DNA of 64,000 nucleotides, taken from positions 50,282,001 through 50,346,000 of the forward strand of contig OZ024743.1 in the NCBI GenBank assembly GCA_964016885.1. Direction: 5' to 3'. Positions within the stretch are counted from its first letter, which is position 1, and each line of letters begins with the position of its first letter. The translations under genes and the position numbers were made by a program. Shown here piece by piece: positions 1 to 13,569 of the stretch. The DNA comes from Eledone cirrhosa (lineage: Eukaryota). The notes beneath the pieces were generated by a model. It did not search any database. It saw only the letters and a program-made list of their open reading frames with translations, and had not been told where the DNA came from.

Positions 1-58
1 TGTGTGTATGTGTGTGTGTGTATGTGTGTGTGTGTATGTGTGTGTGTGTATGTGTGTG
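1..58. repeat. (TG)n/(TATG) microsatellite
   Basis: Directly visible. Confidence 0.95.
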
Positions 59-149
59 ACAGCTCACACCTATGCAGGTTTAGCTGGCCTCCGCCAAGGT
101 ATATCTCGTTAGACGTGTCTTGGGTAATTTAATGATAGAGACCTCAGTC

Positions 150-300
150 CTATCATCTCATTTCTACAGCTGAGTAAACTGGAGCAACGTGATATAAAGT
201 GTCTTGCTCAAGAAAACAACACATCACTCGGTCCGAGAACTGAACTCACAACCTTTCGATTGCAAGCCCAATGCCCTAACCACTTAGCCATACGCCTTCA
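150..300 (-). mobile_element. tRNA-derived SINE (family 2), degenerate
   Basis: Minus strand has A-box-like TGGCTAAGTGG and B-box-like GAGTTCAGTTC, then CTTGAGCAAGACACTTTAT...TTGCTCCAGTTTACTCAGCTG. A related copy lies at 48835-48970. Confidence 0.75.
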
Positions 301-795
301 CTTATTAACTGACAACACTAGAATTAATGAACAGATTCCACCAATCAGAAAATAGATACTTCTATCACACAAACACTAAGGAGAAACTATATTCGTAGAC
401 GATACTGTAATATTTGTATTCATAAGTGGTTTTCTGCTAGCATGTGTAGTGTGTATATTGATATTATACGGAAGTATATATACATGTAGATATGATACGT
501 CAAATAACATCGTAATTGACAATATAAATAGAAATTGAACGAAGGCTGCGTTACACTGTTTTATGTAATCAGTAACGTAATCCATGATACATTTAAAAAA
601 AGACGATATTATATATAAACTGCATTAGGAGAAAATTAGTGACAGAAATATATGAATGTTTATTTAAGCGATAGCTAATCGGAAGTGTTGACATTTGAAA
701 ATTTTAAAGAAGTGAATCTTAAAATAAGCAAGAAAATTATTTTTATTTAATCAAGAATAACGAAATTAACCATTGTATTTTCTATATTCTGTATC

Positions 796-888
796 TATAT
801 GTGCATGTGTGTGTGCATGTATGTGTATGTGTATGTGTGTGTGTGTGTGTTCGCGTGTGTGTGTATGTATGTGTGTCTGTGTGTGTGT

Positions 889-945
<57 letters not shown>

Positions 946-1124
946 TGTGTGTGTCTGTGTGTGTTCGTCTGTGTGTGTGTGTATGTGTGTGTATGTGTGT
1001 GTGTTCGTGTGTGTTTGTGTGTGCATGTGTGTGTCTGTGTGTGTGTGTGTGTGTGTGTATGTCTGTGTGTATTTGTGTGTGTGTGTGTCGGTGTGTGTTC
1101 GTATATGTGTGTCTGTGTGTGTTC

Positions 1125-1155
<31 letters not shown>

Positions 1156-1198
1156 TGTGTTTGTATGTATGCGTGTGTGTCTGTGTGCGTGTGTGTGT
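796..1198. repeat. Degenerate (TG)n microsatellite
   Basis: Directly visible; explains the VC/HT ORFs. Confidence 0.95.
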
Positions 1199-1463
1199 AA
1201 GGTGATTTGTGAAATAAAAAGTTTAGCAGTTGCATCAAGAAAGTTCCAATGATGTTTTTAAAATCCATTATTGGAAATAGTTTTTGAATATTCCACCAGG
1301 AAGTTGCCAAAATGAAGTAGCAATTATGTCTAACATATTTATTGTTTTCACAGAGGAATCTTTTAAAAGACATCTGCATACTTCAGGAGAAGAATTTTCT
1401 GGTGTTCATTGAAAACTGTATTAATTAGAAGAGAAATGATTGTTTAACGAAATTCTGACTTAC

Positions 1464-1544
1464 CACATCAAGTACTTCAATTATTTTAAACTCTACAGTT
1501 GGCAGTAGCACGTGATTGATAAGAGTGTATATGAAAGCAAGTAT
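1464..1544 (-). CDS. Possible isolated 81-nt exon (ILAFIYTLINHVLLPTVEFKIIEVLDV), gene unknown
   Basis: Minus-strand acceptor ttacag| and donor |gtaagt; only one frame open, phase 0/0. No recognisable homology. Confidence 0.25.
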
Positions 1545-1883
1545 CTGTAAATATATATAATTCTCACTACGGTGTTTTTAATCTATAATCCACCATTATC
1601 TCAGCCGTGTAAAAAGGCCAGACATTAATGTTTCAGGATTTTTTTATTTATCACCAGTGTCGTTTACACACTCGGTATTGAGACTAAAATGAACTACAGC
1701 TTATATAAAATATCTGCTGGAGAATTCATTTGCATATAGTGTATGTTTGACCTGGCAACTAAGGTTATATACAGTAAGTGACTTTTCTGTATTTAGTTCT
1801 GTTCATTACACCATTATGTATAATGTGATAATAGCCAACATGGCAGGTTGTTAGTCAGTCTGGTGTGGTGTGACAAAAATAAT

Positions 1884-2070
1884 TGTTTCTACTTTTGGCA
1901 CAAGGCCAGCAATTACCCAGTGTATTACTGGTACTTTATTTTATCGACGCCGTAAGGATGAAAGGCAAAGTTAACCTCGGCGGGATTTGAACTCAGAATG
2001 GCAAGGGCCGTAACTCTATGTGTCAAAGCATGGCGTCCTACCCTCTACCGATACTTCCAATCCACCACCT
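1884..2070 (-). mobile_element. tRNA-derived SINE (family 1), full length, 16-bp TSD
   Basis: B-box GAGTTCAAATCC, core TTTGCCTTTCATCCTTACGG.GTCGATAAAATAAAGTACCAGT, tail GGCCTTGTGCCAAAAGTAGAAACAATTAT. TSD gtgtgacaaaaataat at 1868-1883 and 2071-2086. Confidence 0.9.
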
Positions 2071-2099
2071 GTGTGACAAAAATAATATATACCTATACA

Positions 2100-2572
2100 A
2101 ACTGAAAGACATGATATAATAGAGGGAGGGCTCAAACGACATGCAAAAGTACCTGAAATCCAACCACAACCGGCTATTGGCACATATTCTTCATTGACCA
2201 TACTTAAATATGGAATGACACCGATGCCCCCCCCCCTCCTACACAGCCCCGGCGGACAGGATGGAGAAGGCGTTTCCCGGAGGACGGCAAGGGAGACGCG
2301 CTGGAAAAGCCACTCCAACTCGCGGGGCTCACACCTGCGGCTGGCCAGCTCAGCGCTTATGGTGGTGAGTAGGGAGGTAGGTCTAGGGCCGAGGATACCA
2401 GAAGTCTCCACTGCCAAGGGTTAAACCGCAAACCTGTCGGAGAGCGACCGGTATTTGAGGAGTTTGGCCTTCTCAGCCCGACGTGCAGCAGAACCTGGGT
2501 TAGTCGCAGACTGCACCAGGCTGTGGTTGCAGAAAGTGTCGCTGCAAGTGGCATCCCAGACGACTAGGCTAG
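2100..2572 (-). mobile_element. 3' fragment of an RLE-type (CRE-like) non-LTR retrotransposon
   Basis: Frameshifted peptide VVWDATCSDT..AARRAEKAKLLKY../PLAVETSGILG..LFQRVSLAVLR(GNA)FSI matches the C-terminal restriction-like endonuclease region of CRE-like elements. Confidence 0.8.
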
Positions 2573-3279
2573 GATTAATTATCAATAGCACTAACAGAGC
2601 GCGATTCATACTTATTAATGTTTTTGTATCTCCAGATTATTTTAACGGACTAGTTTAGTTTATATTAGGATTGTTTTGAAAAGGCCGAATAATGCACGTT
2701 AGAAATATAGGATTAAAAACTAGAGTAAAGCAAATAAATAAATAAAACAAGATAACAAAAGTTCTCTGCTTCTCGGTTGAAAATTTCTGTCTTTTCAACA
2801 GAAGATATTAATCAGTCATGTTTTTGTTTTAACTTTTCCATGAATAATTTAGATCGGGCAATTCTTTTATTTATCGGTATGCATATCCTTATCCTAGATA
2901 GACATCACCTACTGTTGTAATCTGATAGTCCATACGTATAGTTTCCAGTGTAAAAATCCAACAGCTGCTTCCATTTATCTTTGTTAATACTGAGTATGAT
3001 AAACCACGTGGTAGACTGTCATATTAAACTGTCAAACTCATGCATCATATAACGTCTGCTCACACCGAGAGAAGCGTTTCCCAGCAGATGTTTCTGATGG
3101 ACTTGTATATTTGTGCTGCATGCTGTTCTTATAAACCCTTTTGCTTTCATGTCAATGTTTTTTTCCGTGTGGGGTATGCCTCATACTCATAATATTCTTT
3201 ATTTTCGTAGGAAAAAAAAAGGAAAGGAGCTGTTTTTTTCTATTACTGTTACAGTCTGTTGGTTACCACATCTGACAGA

Positions 3280-3430
3280 AGGAGGTGGAATTTGAACTCG
3301 GAACCCACAGAGTCTGATCGGGTACCAGAAAGGAAACCGACCGACTCTTTAACAATTACACTAAACCATGACCCCCAATATTGGTATTATATTTATCGAT
3401 ACCGAACGGATTAAAACAAAGCTAACCTCT
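3280..3430 (-). mobile_element. Old SINE family 1 fragments
   Basis: ggaatttgaactc (B-box complement) and ggtattatatttatcgataccgaacggat (core complement). Confidence 0.5.
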
Positions 3431-3606
3431 TTACTTTCGTATTTAGTTCTTCGAAGTATAACAGAACCAAAATAAATTAAAAAAATAATGGAACATTCTA
3501 AGTAAATAAGAAAAGTGAAGTGTACCGAGACGGAAGTGTAATGCTGTAACGTAAATCAATTCCTGTCATATTTGACCTAGTGTTACCTAATTACCATGTT
3601 TGGTAA

Positions 3607-3850
3607 AGGAGGTGGGGTAAAGAAGGGAGACTAGGGGGCAGGGAGAAGGGAAGGGGAGGGAAGTAAGGAAGGGGGACAAGGAGGTAGAGGTGATGAGGGA
3701 GGGGGGAAGGAAGGGAGGGGGACAAGAGGGGAGAGATGAGGGAGGAGGAGGGGGAAGGTAAGGAAGGGGGACAAAGAGGAAGAGAGGAGGGGAGGAGGTA
3801 AAGGATGAAAAAATAAAATTGATGAAGGTAATAATGTTTTGGGGGAGAAC
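3607..3850. repeat. Polypurine (G/A) low-complexity tract
   Basis: Nearly all G/A on the + strand. Confidence 0.85.
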
Positions 3851-3959
3851 AATGGGGATGTGTGGACATTATTATTATGTATATTATACTAAATTAAACT
3901 AAACTGGACTTATGGACTAATAAGGTATGTGTTTGTTCAAAGTACCACAATAAAATGAC

Positions 3960-6065
3960 GAGGGGTAATATACAGACAGGATAGACTGGGAGGTAATGTA
4001 TGGAAGATAGGATAGACTAGGAGGTAATGTATGGAAGACAGGATAGACTGGGAGGTAGTGTATGGAAGATATGATAGACTGGGAGGTAGTGTATGGAAGA
4101 CAGGATAGACTGGGAGGTAATGTATGGAAGACAGGATAGACTGGGAGGTAATGTATGGAAGATAGGATAGACCTGGAGGTAATGTATGGAAGACAGGATA
4201 GACTGGGAGGTAGTGTATGGAAGACAGGATAGACTGGGAGGTAGTGTATGGAAGACAGGATAGACTGGGAGGTAATGTATGGAAGACAGGATAGACTGGG
4301 AGGTAGTGCATGGAAGACAGGATAGACTGGGAGGTAGTGTATGGAAGACAGGATAGACTGGGAGGTAATGTATGGAAGACAGGATAGACTGGGAGGTAGT
4401 GCATGGAAGACAGAATAGACTGGGAGGTAATGTATGGAAGACAGGATAGACTGGGAGGTAGTGTATGGAAGATAGGATAGACTAGGAGGTAATGTATGGA
4501 AGACAGGATAGACTGGGAGGTAGTGTATGGAAGACAGAATAGACTGGGAGGTAATGTATGGAAGACAGGATAGACTGGGAGGTAATGTATGGAAGACAGG
4601 ATAGACTGGGAGGTAGTGTATGGAAGACAGGATAGACTGGGAGGTAGTGTATGGAAGACAGGATAGACTGGGTGGTAATGTATGGAAGACAGGATAGACT
4701 GGGAGGTAATGTATGGAAGATAGGATAGACAAGGAGGTAATGTGTGGAAGATAGGATAGACTGAGAGGTAATGTATGGAAGACAGGATAGACTGCGATGT
4801 AATGTATGGAAGATAGGATAGATTGAGAGGTAATTTATGGAAGACAGGATAGACTGGGAGGTAGTGTATAGAAGATAGGATAGACTGGGAGGTAGTGTAT
4901 GGAAGATAGGATAGTCTGAGATGTAATGTATGGAAGATAGGATAGACAGGGAGGTAATGTATGAAAGATAGGATAGACTGAGAAGTGCTGTATGGAAGAT
5001 AGGATAGACAAGGAGGTAATGTATGGAAGATAGGATAGACTGGGAGGTAATGTATGGAAAATAGCATAGACTGAGAGGTAATGTATGGAAGATAGGATAG
5101 ACTGGGAGGTAATGTATGGAAGATAGGATATACTGGGAGGTAATGTATGGAAGATAGGATAGACTGGAAGGTAATGTATGGAAGATAGGATAGTCTGAGA
5201 TGTAATGTATGGAAGATCGGATAGACTGGGAGGTAATGTATGGAAGATACGATAGACTGGTAGGTAATGTATGGAAGATAGGATAGACTGAGAGGTAATG
5301 TGTGGAAGATAGGATAGACTGGGAGGTAATGTATGGAAGATAGGATAGACTGGGAGGTAATGTATGGAAGATAGGATAGACCTGGAGGTAATGTATGGAA
5401 GATATGATAGACTGAGATGTAATGTATAGAAGATAGGATAGACCTGGAGGTAATGTATGGAAGATATGATAGACTGAGAGGTAATGTATGGAAGATAGGA
5501 TAGACTGGGAGGTAATGTATGGAAGATATGATAGACTGAGAGGTAATGTATGTAAGATAGGATAGACTGGGAGGTAATGTATGGAGGATATGATAGACTG
5601 AGAGGTAATGTATGGAAGATAGAATAGACTGGGAGGTAATGTATGGAAGATATGATAGACTGAGAGGTAATGTATGGAAGATAGGATAGACTGGGAGGTT
5701 ATGTATGGAAGATAGGATAGACTGGGAGGTAATGTATTGAAGGTAGGATATACTGGGAGGTAATGTATGGAAGATAGGATAGACTGGGAGGTAATGTATT
5801 GAAGGTAGGATAGACCTGGAGGTAATGTATGGAAGACAGGATAGACTGGGAGGTTATGTATGGAAGATAGGATAGACTGGGGTGTAATATATTGAAGGTA
5901 GGATAGACTGGGAGGTAATTTATGGAAGAGAGGATAGACTGGAAGGTAATGTATGGAAGATAGGATAGTCTGAGATGTAATGTATGGAAGATAGGATAGA
6001 CTGGGAGGTAATGTATTGAAGGTAGGATAGACCTGGAGGTAATGTATGGAAGATAGGATAGACTG
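3960..6065. repeat. 31-bp minisatellite (GACTGGGAGGTAATGTATGGAAGA[C/T]AGGATA), about 68 copies
   Basis: Tandem units read directly. Confidence 0.97.
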
Positions 6066-6075
6066 TATATCATCT

Positions 6076-6250
6076 GTAGGCTCTACCCCTGCATAACATA
6101 TGGAGGGTCTATCCCTGTATAACATATGTAGGCTCTACCCCTGCATAACATATGGAGGGTCTACCCCTGTATAACATATATAGGCTCTACCCCTGCATAA
6201 CATATGGAGGGTCTACCCCTGTATAACATATGTAGGCTCTACCCCTGTAT
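6076..6250. repeat. ~52-bp dimeric tandem repeat (26-bp subunits)
   Basis: gtaggctctacccctgcataacatat / ggagggtctacccctgtataacatat, about 3.3 dimers. Confidence 0.9.
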
Positions 6251-6387
6251 ATCAAGATAGAGTAGTAAAGGCCGCTAACGCCGGATGTGGGACCGTACAA
6301 TATACTCAATATATAGCACATAATTCAGAATATACAGAACATCGTCATTACATCAAAAATTTGAAGTTAAAATACAATAAATTAACA

Positions 6388-6611
6388 ATATTAACAGTAA
6401 AGGTGGGTAATGGGTAGTGATAGGACAAATATATTAACAGTAAAGGTGGGTAATGTGTAGTGATAGGACAAATATATTAACAGTAAAGGTGGGTAATGGG
6501 TAGTGATAGGACAAATATATTAACAGTAAAGGTGGGTAATGTGTGGTGATAGGACAAATATATTAAGAGTAAAGGTGGGTAATGGGTAGTGATAGGACAA
6601 ATATATTAACA
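6388..6611. repeat. 43-bp tandem repeat, about 5 copies
   Basis: atattaacagtaaaggtgggtaatgggtagtgataggacaaat. Confidence 0.95.
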
Positions 6612-6825
6612 ATATTAAAAATTAACATATTAAAAATGTTTTTAAATGTTTCCGGTCAGTATTGTATAGCAAGCCACATCGGACAGTGGAATAGTTCCTT
6701 TGTTTACCTCGGAAGAAGAGATATTAATCTCGAAATATCAGGACATATGAATGAATTAACGTAAAACAAGCTCTGTTTCTTACGATTTAGTTATTCTCCG
6801 GCCAAACCTGCATTGTCGTGGCTTT

Positions 6826-6890
<65 letters not shown>

Positions 6891-6941
6891 TATATAAGAA
6901 AATGAGTTGTTTCTCAATATATATATATATATATACATCTA

Positions 6942-6995
<54 letters not shown>

Positions 6996-7046
6996 CACAC
7001 ACATATATATATATATATATACATGCATATATATATATATATATCC

Positions 7047-7165
7047 GTTTACGGCCATATCACGCTGAAAACATCGGTTCTCGTCCGATCATCGAAGTTA
7101 AGCAACGTCGAGACTAGTTAGTACTTAGATGGGTGACCACTTTGGAAACCTAGGTGCTGTAAGCA
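7047..7165 (+). rRNA. 5S rRNA-like sequence (diverged solitary copy or 5S-SINE head)
   Basis: 119 nt GTTTACGGCCATATCACGCTGAAAAC...CGATC..CGAAGTTAAGCA...TAGTACTTAGATGGGTGACC...GGTGCTGTAAGCA, followed by TTTT. Several substitutions relative to the metazoan 5S consensus; not in a tandem array. Confidence 0.9.
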
Positions 7166-7789
7166 TTTTAAAAAATCCAAGGGCGGTGTCCCTCATGGCC
7201 TCAGCCGAATGGCTGGAACAGGTAAAAGAGTATATATATATGTCACCTCGAGAATATAGTGGAAGACATCTACCTGTCCATGGTGCCACTCAGTGGGAGT
7301 TAATAGGAATCCACGTGATTGCGAAGCGAACTCCTTAACCACACATCCATGTCTACTTCGACAAAAAAGTCAACTAGAAACTGCAATAAGACATACTTAT
7401 TCTAAGCCAAGAAACTTCAGGCTCCTTGAAATATTTTAGGTACATTTTGTTTGTTGTTTGTGTCAAATGATTTTTATTTCAAACATTTGTTAAACATTGC
7501 TGAGAATTATGTGATACATGAGTATTAAATTTTAATTCGATCTTGTAAACTCTTAAATGTCTTGTGATCCTTTGATGTGAGATGATTGACTGTGAGCAAC
7601 TGTAAAACTCATAGATTTATTTTTGTTGTTGCAGTGGAATGGATATAGAATCGGCTCTCATTAATAAGTCGCAATATATTTCACTACCGTTGATAAGAGG
7701 AATAGCAATTGCTTATTATACCAGAGAAATTTATAGAAACAGTTTAGAGTTTGGAAAACTTTCCATTTTTAACGCAATCATATTTCTCT

Positions 7790-8275
<486 letters not shown>

Positions 8276-8276
8276 A

Positions 8277-8340
<64 letters not shown>

Positions 8341-8677
8341 TTGTCTATCTCACTCACTCGCCCTTTTTTCACTTTCTTCAAATTTCTTTCGATTGCATTG
8401 TTACTCTCTCTTTCTCTCTCTCATCGCTCTTTCTTTCTTTCTCTCTCTCTCTCATCTCTCTATCTTTCTCTCAACTCTCTCTCCCTCTCTTTCTCTCTTT
8501 CTTTCTTTCTTTCTTTCTCTCTCTCTCCCTCTCTATCTCGAAAGAGAAAAAAAAGATGAATTAATACAAGAGATTGAATAGACATAAAATCTAACTTGTG
8601 TTAAGAGGAATTAAACTTGTTAAGTATCCGAGAAATGGAAAAATAATTGCTAAAGTTTCATTTATTTTACCATTATT

Positions 8678-8807
8678 GAAGAAGAAGAAGAAGAAGAAGA
8701 AGAAGAAGAAGAAGAAGAAGAAGAAGAAGAAGAAGAAGAAGAAGAAGAAGAAGAAGAAGAAGAAGAAGAAGAAGAAGAAGAAGAAGAAGAAGAAGAAGAA
8801 GAAGATA

Positions 8808-8850
<43 letters not shown>
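8678..8850. repeat. (AAG)n followed by (ATG)n microsatellite
   Basis: Directly visible. Confidence 0.95.
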
Positions 8851-8851
<1 letters not shown>

Positions 8852-8988
8852 AAAAAAATTCTACTTCAAAAGACTTTAAAATTAATAGTTTTGCTTTATT
8901 AATTCTGTTTTAACTCCAAGAAGCAACGTCAACAAGTTCATCTTACAACATAAAATATGGCCACTAGTAGATTACACTTACTAGTAAA

Positions 8989-9061
<73 letters not shown>

Positions 9062-9682
9062 TAAAAAGGAAAAGAAAATGCTGACAAATTTTTAATAGTT
9101 TAATTAGGAATAAGTATAAATTAGTAATAAGTATTGGTTAGTATTCAGTTTTAGTTTTAAGTTTTTGCCGGTTGCGCATTTCTAATGCTTTTCAAAAATA
9201 ATTTTGAGATAAAGCGCTCGTGATGTTTGCTCTAATCTGATCAGTTTTTGAAATTCTTCCTGTTTTATGTGAAAAAAGTGGCTCCAGGGGTATTAAGATT
9301 TGGTTGGTTGTTCAATGTCACGTGAATAAGTACTATAAATTTCGCGCCAATTCGTGTTGCAAAAATTCTTGTAGTCAAAACAATTTTGATTGGTCGGTAG
9401 AGGTCACGCGAATGTTAAAAATTGATTTTAGCACGGACTGGTTTGGCGCCAAATGTAGGTTTGTCGAAGTATGTCCTTTTTCGCTTGATTGAGTTGCAGT
9501 CATGTTGAGAAGTCACTGAAAAACTTGTCTATTAAGACGAATATGTGTGTGTGTGTGTGTGTGTAGTAAAGAGGTTCATTGTTGTGATAATGGTCAGTAG
9601 GGATGTGTGTGTGAGTTGCAGTCATGTTGAAAGGTATTTTAACATGTTGAAATATATTTTTCAGCTTTTGTCTTATACGGAG

Positions 9683-9773
<91 letters not shown>

Positions 9774-10339
9774 CCTGTTTGTATGTTAGTGTACGAGTGT
9801 GTATGTGTGTGTGTGTGTGTGTGGATGGACCAGTATTGTTGTGATACTGGTAAAAATGGTGGACATTATTCGATATTTTCAGTCATTTGCAAAAACGATT
9901 CTCTCAAAAGAACATCAAAAACATCAATAATAAAAGGGGTGAAATGATGTATAGTATTGTCATAACACCAAGGTGTGTGTGAGTGTCCAGATTGTACGTA
10001 CTGCAAGGGGAATCCATTAGGCCCTGCCGTATGGGATACTTGTGTACAAATATGTATGTGCAATACATGTGTGCGTATGTGTGTGTGTGTCGGCACGTGT
10101 ATATCTATAGACATCAAAAGGTACGCAAATTTGTGTATATTTGTGTTGCACCATAGGACATGTGTGTTTACGTATGTCACTGTGTTTATATGTGGATAGA
10201 AATGTACGTAGGATGTATGCTGATGTAGGTATGTATGTTGACGTGTGTATGTTGTGGGTTCGTCTTAGGGAGAAGTGTTTAGACGGGGTCCGTATTTGTT
10301 AATAAAGTGAGATTCCTTGCTTATGCGCTGGGTGTGGGT

Positions 10340-10414
<75 letters not shown>

Positions 10415-10565
10415 GAGGAAATGGTAGTTTACTTGAAGCATTGTGTAGTGAGGTATAAACGTTTGGAGTTAGAAGGCCAGAACAATGCAGGTATGGATAT
10501 AGAATATAAATACAAATGCAAAAGATATTGCTGACAATTAGTCTTTTACCTTAAATTTATTTGAA

Positions 10566-10606
10566 TATCCTTATATTTCGAGATAATATCACTTCTTCAG
10601 AGGGCA
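10566..10606 (-). ncRNA. Minimal type I hammerhead ribozyme in the PLE 3' pseudo-LTR
   Basis: tgccct-CTGAAGA-agtgatattatct-cGAAA-tATA^aggata: core boxes, weak stem II, minimal palindromic stem III, stem I with one mismatch. Confidence 0.7.
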
Positions 10607-11019
10607 GTAAAGGGGTTAATCCAGTGTTCTAATTAGCTTGCCAAGTCATGCTGACAGGAAATAGTATAGAGATTCCATTCTATTTCTAATGTCAGAATGA
10701 AGGTTAGGTGGATAAAGGGGTTGTCTCTCTTTAAAGGGGTTTGGACATGTATGTCTAAGTGTGTGTGGGAGAATATGTGAAGGTGTAAGAATGCGCGTGT
10801 GTGTGTGTGTGCGTGTGTGTGTGTATGTGTGTGTGTGTGAGTGTGAGAGGATATGTTTATATGTAAATGTGGGGGCTAGATGTTCTATCATGTTAAAACT
10901 GGTCTATGTGTGTGTGTGTGTGAGAGAATAAGTGGAGGTGTAAGCGTGTGTGTGTGAGATGGTGCGTGGAGGTGTAAGTGTAGGGCTACATGCTCTATCA
11001 TGTTAAAAACTGGGTGTTG

Positions 11020-13539
11020 AGTTCTAGTCTGTTATTGACTGGTGGGTGTGTTTTTTCTATAATTAGTGCTTCTTTAATTCTAAGATTGCCGAGGTTCTTT
11101 CCTTGCCTTCTATCCTAACTATTATGTTTTTGTTGGTGTTTTTGCATTTCACTAGGTGTTTCTTAAATAAGGAAGCGTTAGTATTGAGGTGTTCTTTTAT
11201 TCTAATGTGAAGTGGTCTGGCGGTGCTACCTACGTAGAAATTGCAGCTTTTGTCGAACTCTAATCTGTATACGACGTAACCCTGGTGGCATAGGTCTGTG
11301 TCGTGGATGGGGAAGCTGGCTAGCCTGCAGCGGCTGTCATGTCTGGTGGAGTGTCTTTTGGTTAGTTGTCCGCGTAGAGAAGGTCCTGAGTGGGCTAGCT
11401 GGATATCTAGTCCCTCTCGTCTGATAGCTCTGCGGATGGCTGTTGTTGTTTCGTCACTGATGTGTGGGAGCTTCAGGAAGCAAGTGTTAGTGCCTCGGGT
11501 GTGGTGTCCTCTGTTGTTTCTGGCACGGTTCGTGGTGGACGTCGGGTATCTGTTCAGTTTAAGTACTTCCAGGAAATGTGTGGTGTGTGTGTGTTGGTCT
11601 CTTGCGTCGGTGCATTTGTTCTGGATACGTGGTAGTTCGTTCCTTATGTATCCGAACTTAGCGCTGACTGGGAGGGCTGATCTGAAATGTACAAACAGGT
11701 CCCTGCTGGCGGCTTTTTTATAGAAGCAGGTGTGGATGTCGCCTTCCTCTGTTACCCTGAATTGGAAGTCCAATAGGGATAGGGATCCGCGGTCATCGGG
11801 GTGTTCCATGCTGAACTTTATATTGGCGTCCATGCTGGAGAATGTCATGTATATTTTATCCGCTTCTTCACGGGATGATGGAAGGATGAGTATGTCATCT
11901 ACATATCGGGTGAAGAAGGTATAGGAAAGGCATGTGTTGAGGGCTCGGCATTCCAGCTGGTTCATATAAGTGATGGCCAACAGGCCCGATAGGCTGGATC
12001 CCATGGGTAATTCTGTTGTCTATATGTACGTGTGGTAGTGGAAGGTGAAGTACGTGTTGTACTGTGAAGGACAAAAGCTGGTGTTTGTCCGTCGGATGGA
12101 GGCCGTTGCAGTGGACGTCTTCTGCGACCACGCAGTCCGTCAATAAATCGACAGCTGGATGAGGGGGGACTGTAGTGTAGAGGGAGACAACGTTGAGGCT
12201 AAAGGCGTATCTATTTAATTTAAGTTGTTCTGGCTTGAGTTGGTGTAGTCTACGTATGACCTGGTCGGAGCTACTGACATGCCCGGGAAAGGTGGAGAGT
12301 AGAGGTTTAAGGACCTGGGAGAGGAGCCAGGAGATTTTGTATAGGAGCCCTTCTATGCTAGAGACGATAGGTCTTATTTGTGCCTTAGTACTATTCTTGT
12401 GGGTCTTGATGAGGTGATAGAAAGTGGGCAGAACTTAAATTTATTTGGGAGTTGTCTTCTACTACAGATGTCGGACCAGATGGAGTTGGCCTGTTTTTCG
12501 ATCTGGGCTCCAGTTATGTCCGGGACCTCTGTATACAGTTCGTTGTCGCTTATGTGTTCAAAGGCTAGGTTGTTGTATGTGGCTTGAGAGATGAAACAAA
12601 ACTCTTTACCTTTGTCGGATGGTAAGTATATGAGTTCCCTATTCCGCAGGTTCTTCAGGGCGAGTTGTTGCGTCCTGGAGAGATTTGGGGCTATCTTCTT
12701 CTGTTTCCGTAAGATGTTAAATACGGAAAGTTTTAGCCTCGAGAGTTTTTCTTCCAGCTCGCGGTTGGCAGGCGGTGGATAGAGTGGGCGATCCAGTTGG
12801 TATATCGGGAATCTAGGTGTGTTAGATTCCGTGGTGTTGTTGCCGAGGGTCGATATCCATTTTAGTTGGTAGGCGGCCCGACAGAAATTCGTTTCTATAT
12901 CGAGCCATAATTTGTCGTCCAGTCGCTGTTTCAATATGAACTTGGGACCCAGGCTGAGGAGGTCTAGTTCATCTCGGGAGAGGGATCCTGTCAAGTCTGT
13001 AACGAGGTGTTTTGCGTCAGGTGTGTTGTTGGTCGAGGTTCGATGTTGATACCGTCTTGTTCGCCTCTGTTGGTGCTTAGAGTTGGGTTGTTGTTAGGAC
13101 GGTCAGCCGTGCTGAATTTGAGAAATGTTTGCTTTAGGCGTATTTTCTCGTAATCTCGGCGATGGTGTTAGGATCTGTCTATAGCGGCGGAAATTACTCT
13201 GAGCAGAGGTTCTGGGGTTTCAGCGAGTTGTGGTACAAGGCTAGAAATTGTCCGTATGTGTTGTAGCGTGCGGTGTAGGTGTTGTATGAGTTTTCTTAGG
13301 CAGAATTTTTGTATGTAGCTAAGTGATCGTTTGAGGCCTGGTGATTTGAAGTATGTTGGTAGGTGCAAGTTTTTGATAGTTTTGGGGATGATGTTGTTAT
13401 TCAGGCACCGTTTGAGGAAGTTTATTTGGCAGCCGGCTTTGGCGCGCCTTTCAGATAGCTGGAAGAGTTTCTTTACAGTTGTAAACCGGGCCTGGCTCAG
13501 GCGTAAGGAAAGGAGGAACTTGTAGTTTACTTGAAGCAT
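11020..13539 (-). pseudogene. PLE RT + GIY-YIG ORF broken by stops, frameshifts and small deletions
   Basis: ORF-track pieces 13168-13539, 12374-12994, 11895-12143 and 11063-12004 are collinear parts of one polyprotein. Confidence 0.9.
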
Positions 13540-13569
13540 TGCGTAGTGAGGTATAAATGAGGTATAGTG

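Noticed and set aside
2860-3240. Unique-looking, moderately GC-rich segment
   Set aside because: No sustained ORF or recognisable motif was found.
3917-6125. Long ORFs (271, 376 and 547 aa)
   Set aside because: They result from a stop-poor 31-bp repeat cycling through frames; no coding evidence.
7047-7165. Functional 5S rRNA gene
   Set aside because: Solitary, with substitutions in conserved positions and (TA)n directly upstream; more likely a retrocopy, though expression is not excluded.
9059-9540. Possible DNA-transposon or Helitron remnant
   Set aside because: No termini or TSD could be defined.
10620-13539. Selenoprotein recoding or SECIS in the PLE
   Set aside because: The breaks I traced are TAA stops or frameshifts. 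The 3'UTR hairpin at about 10651-10696 lacks the AUGA/GA quartet.
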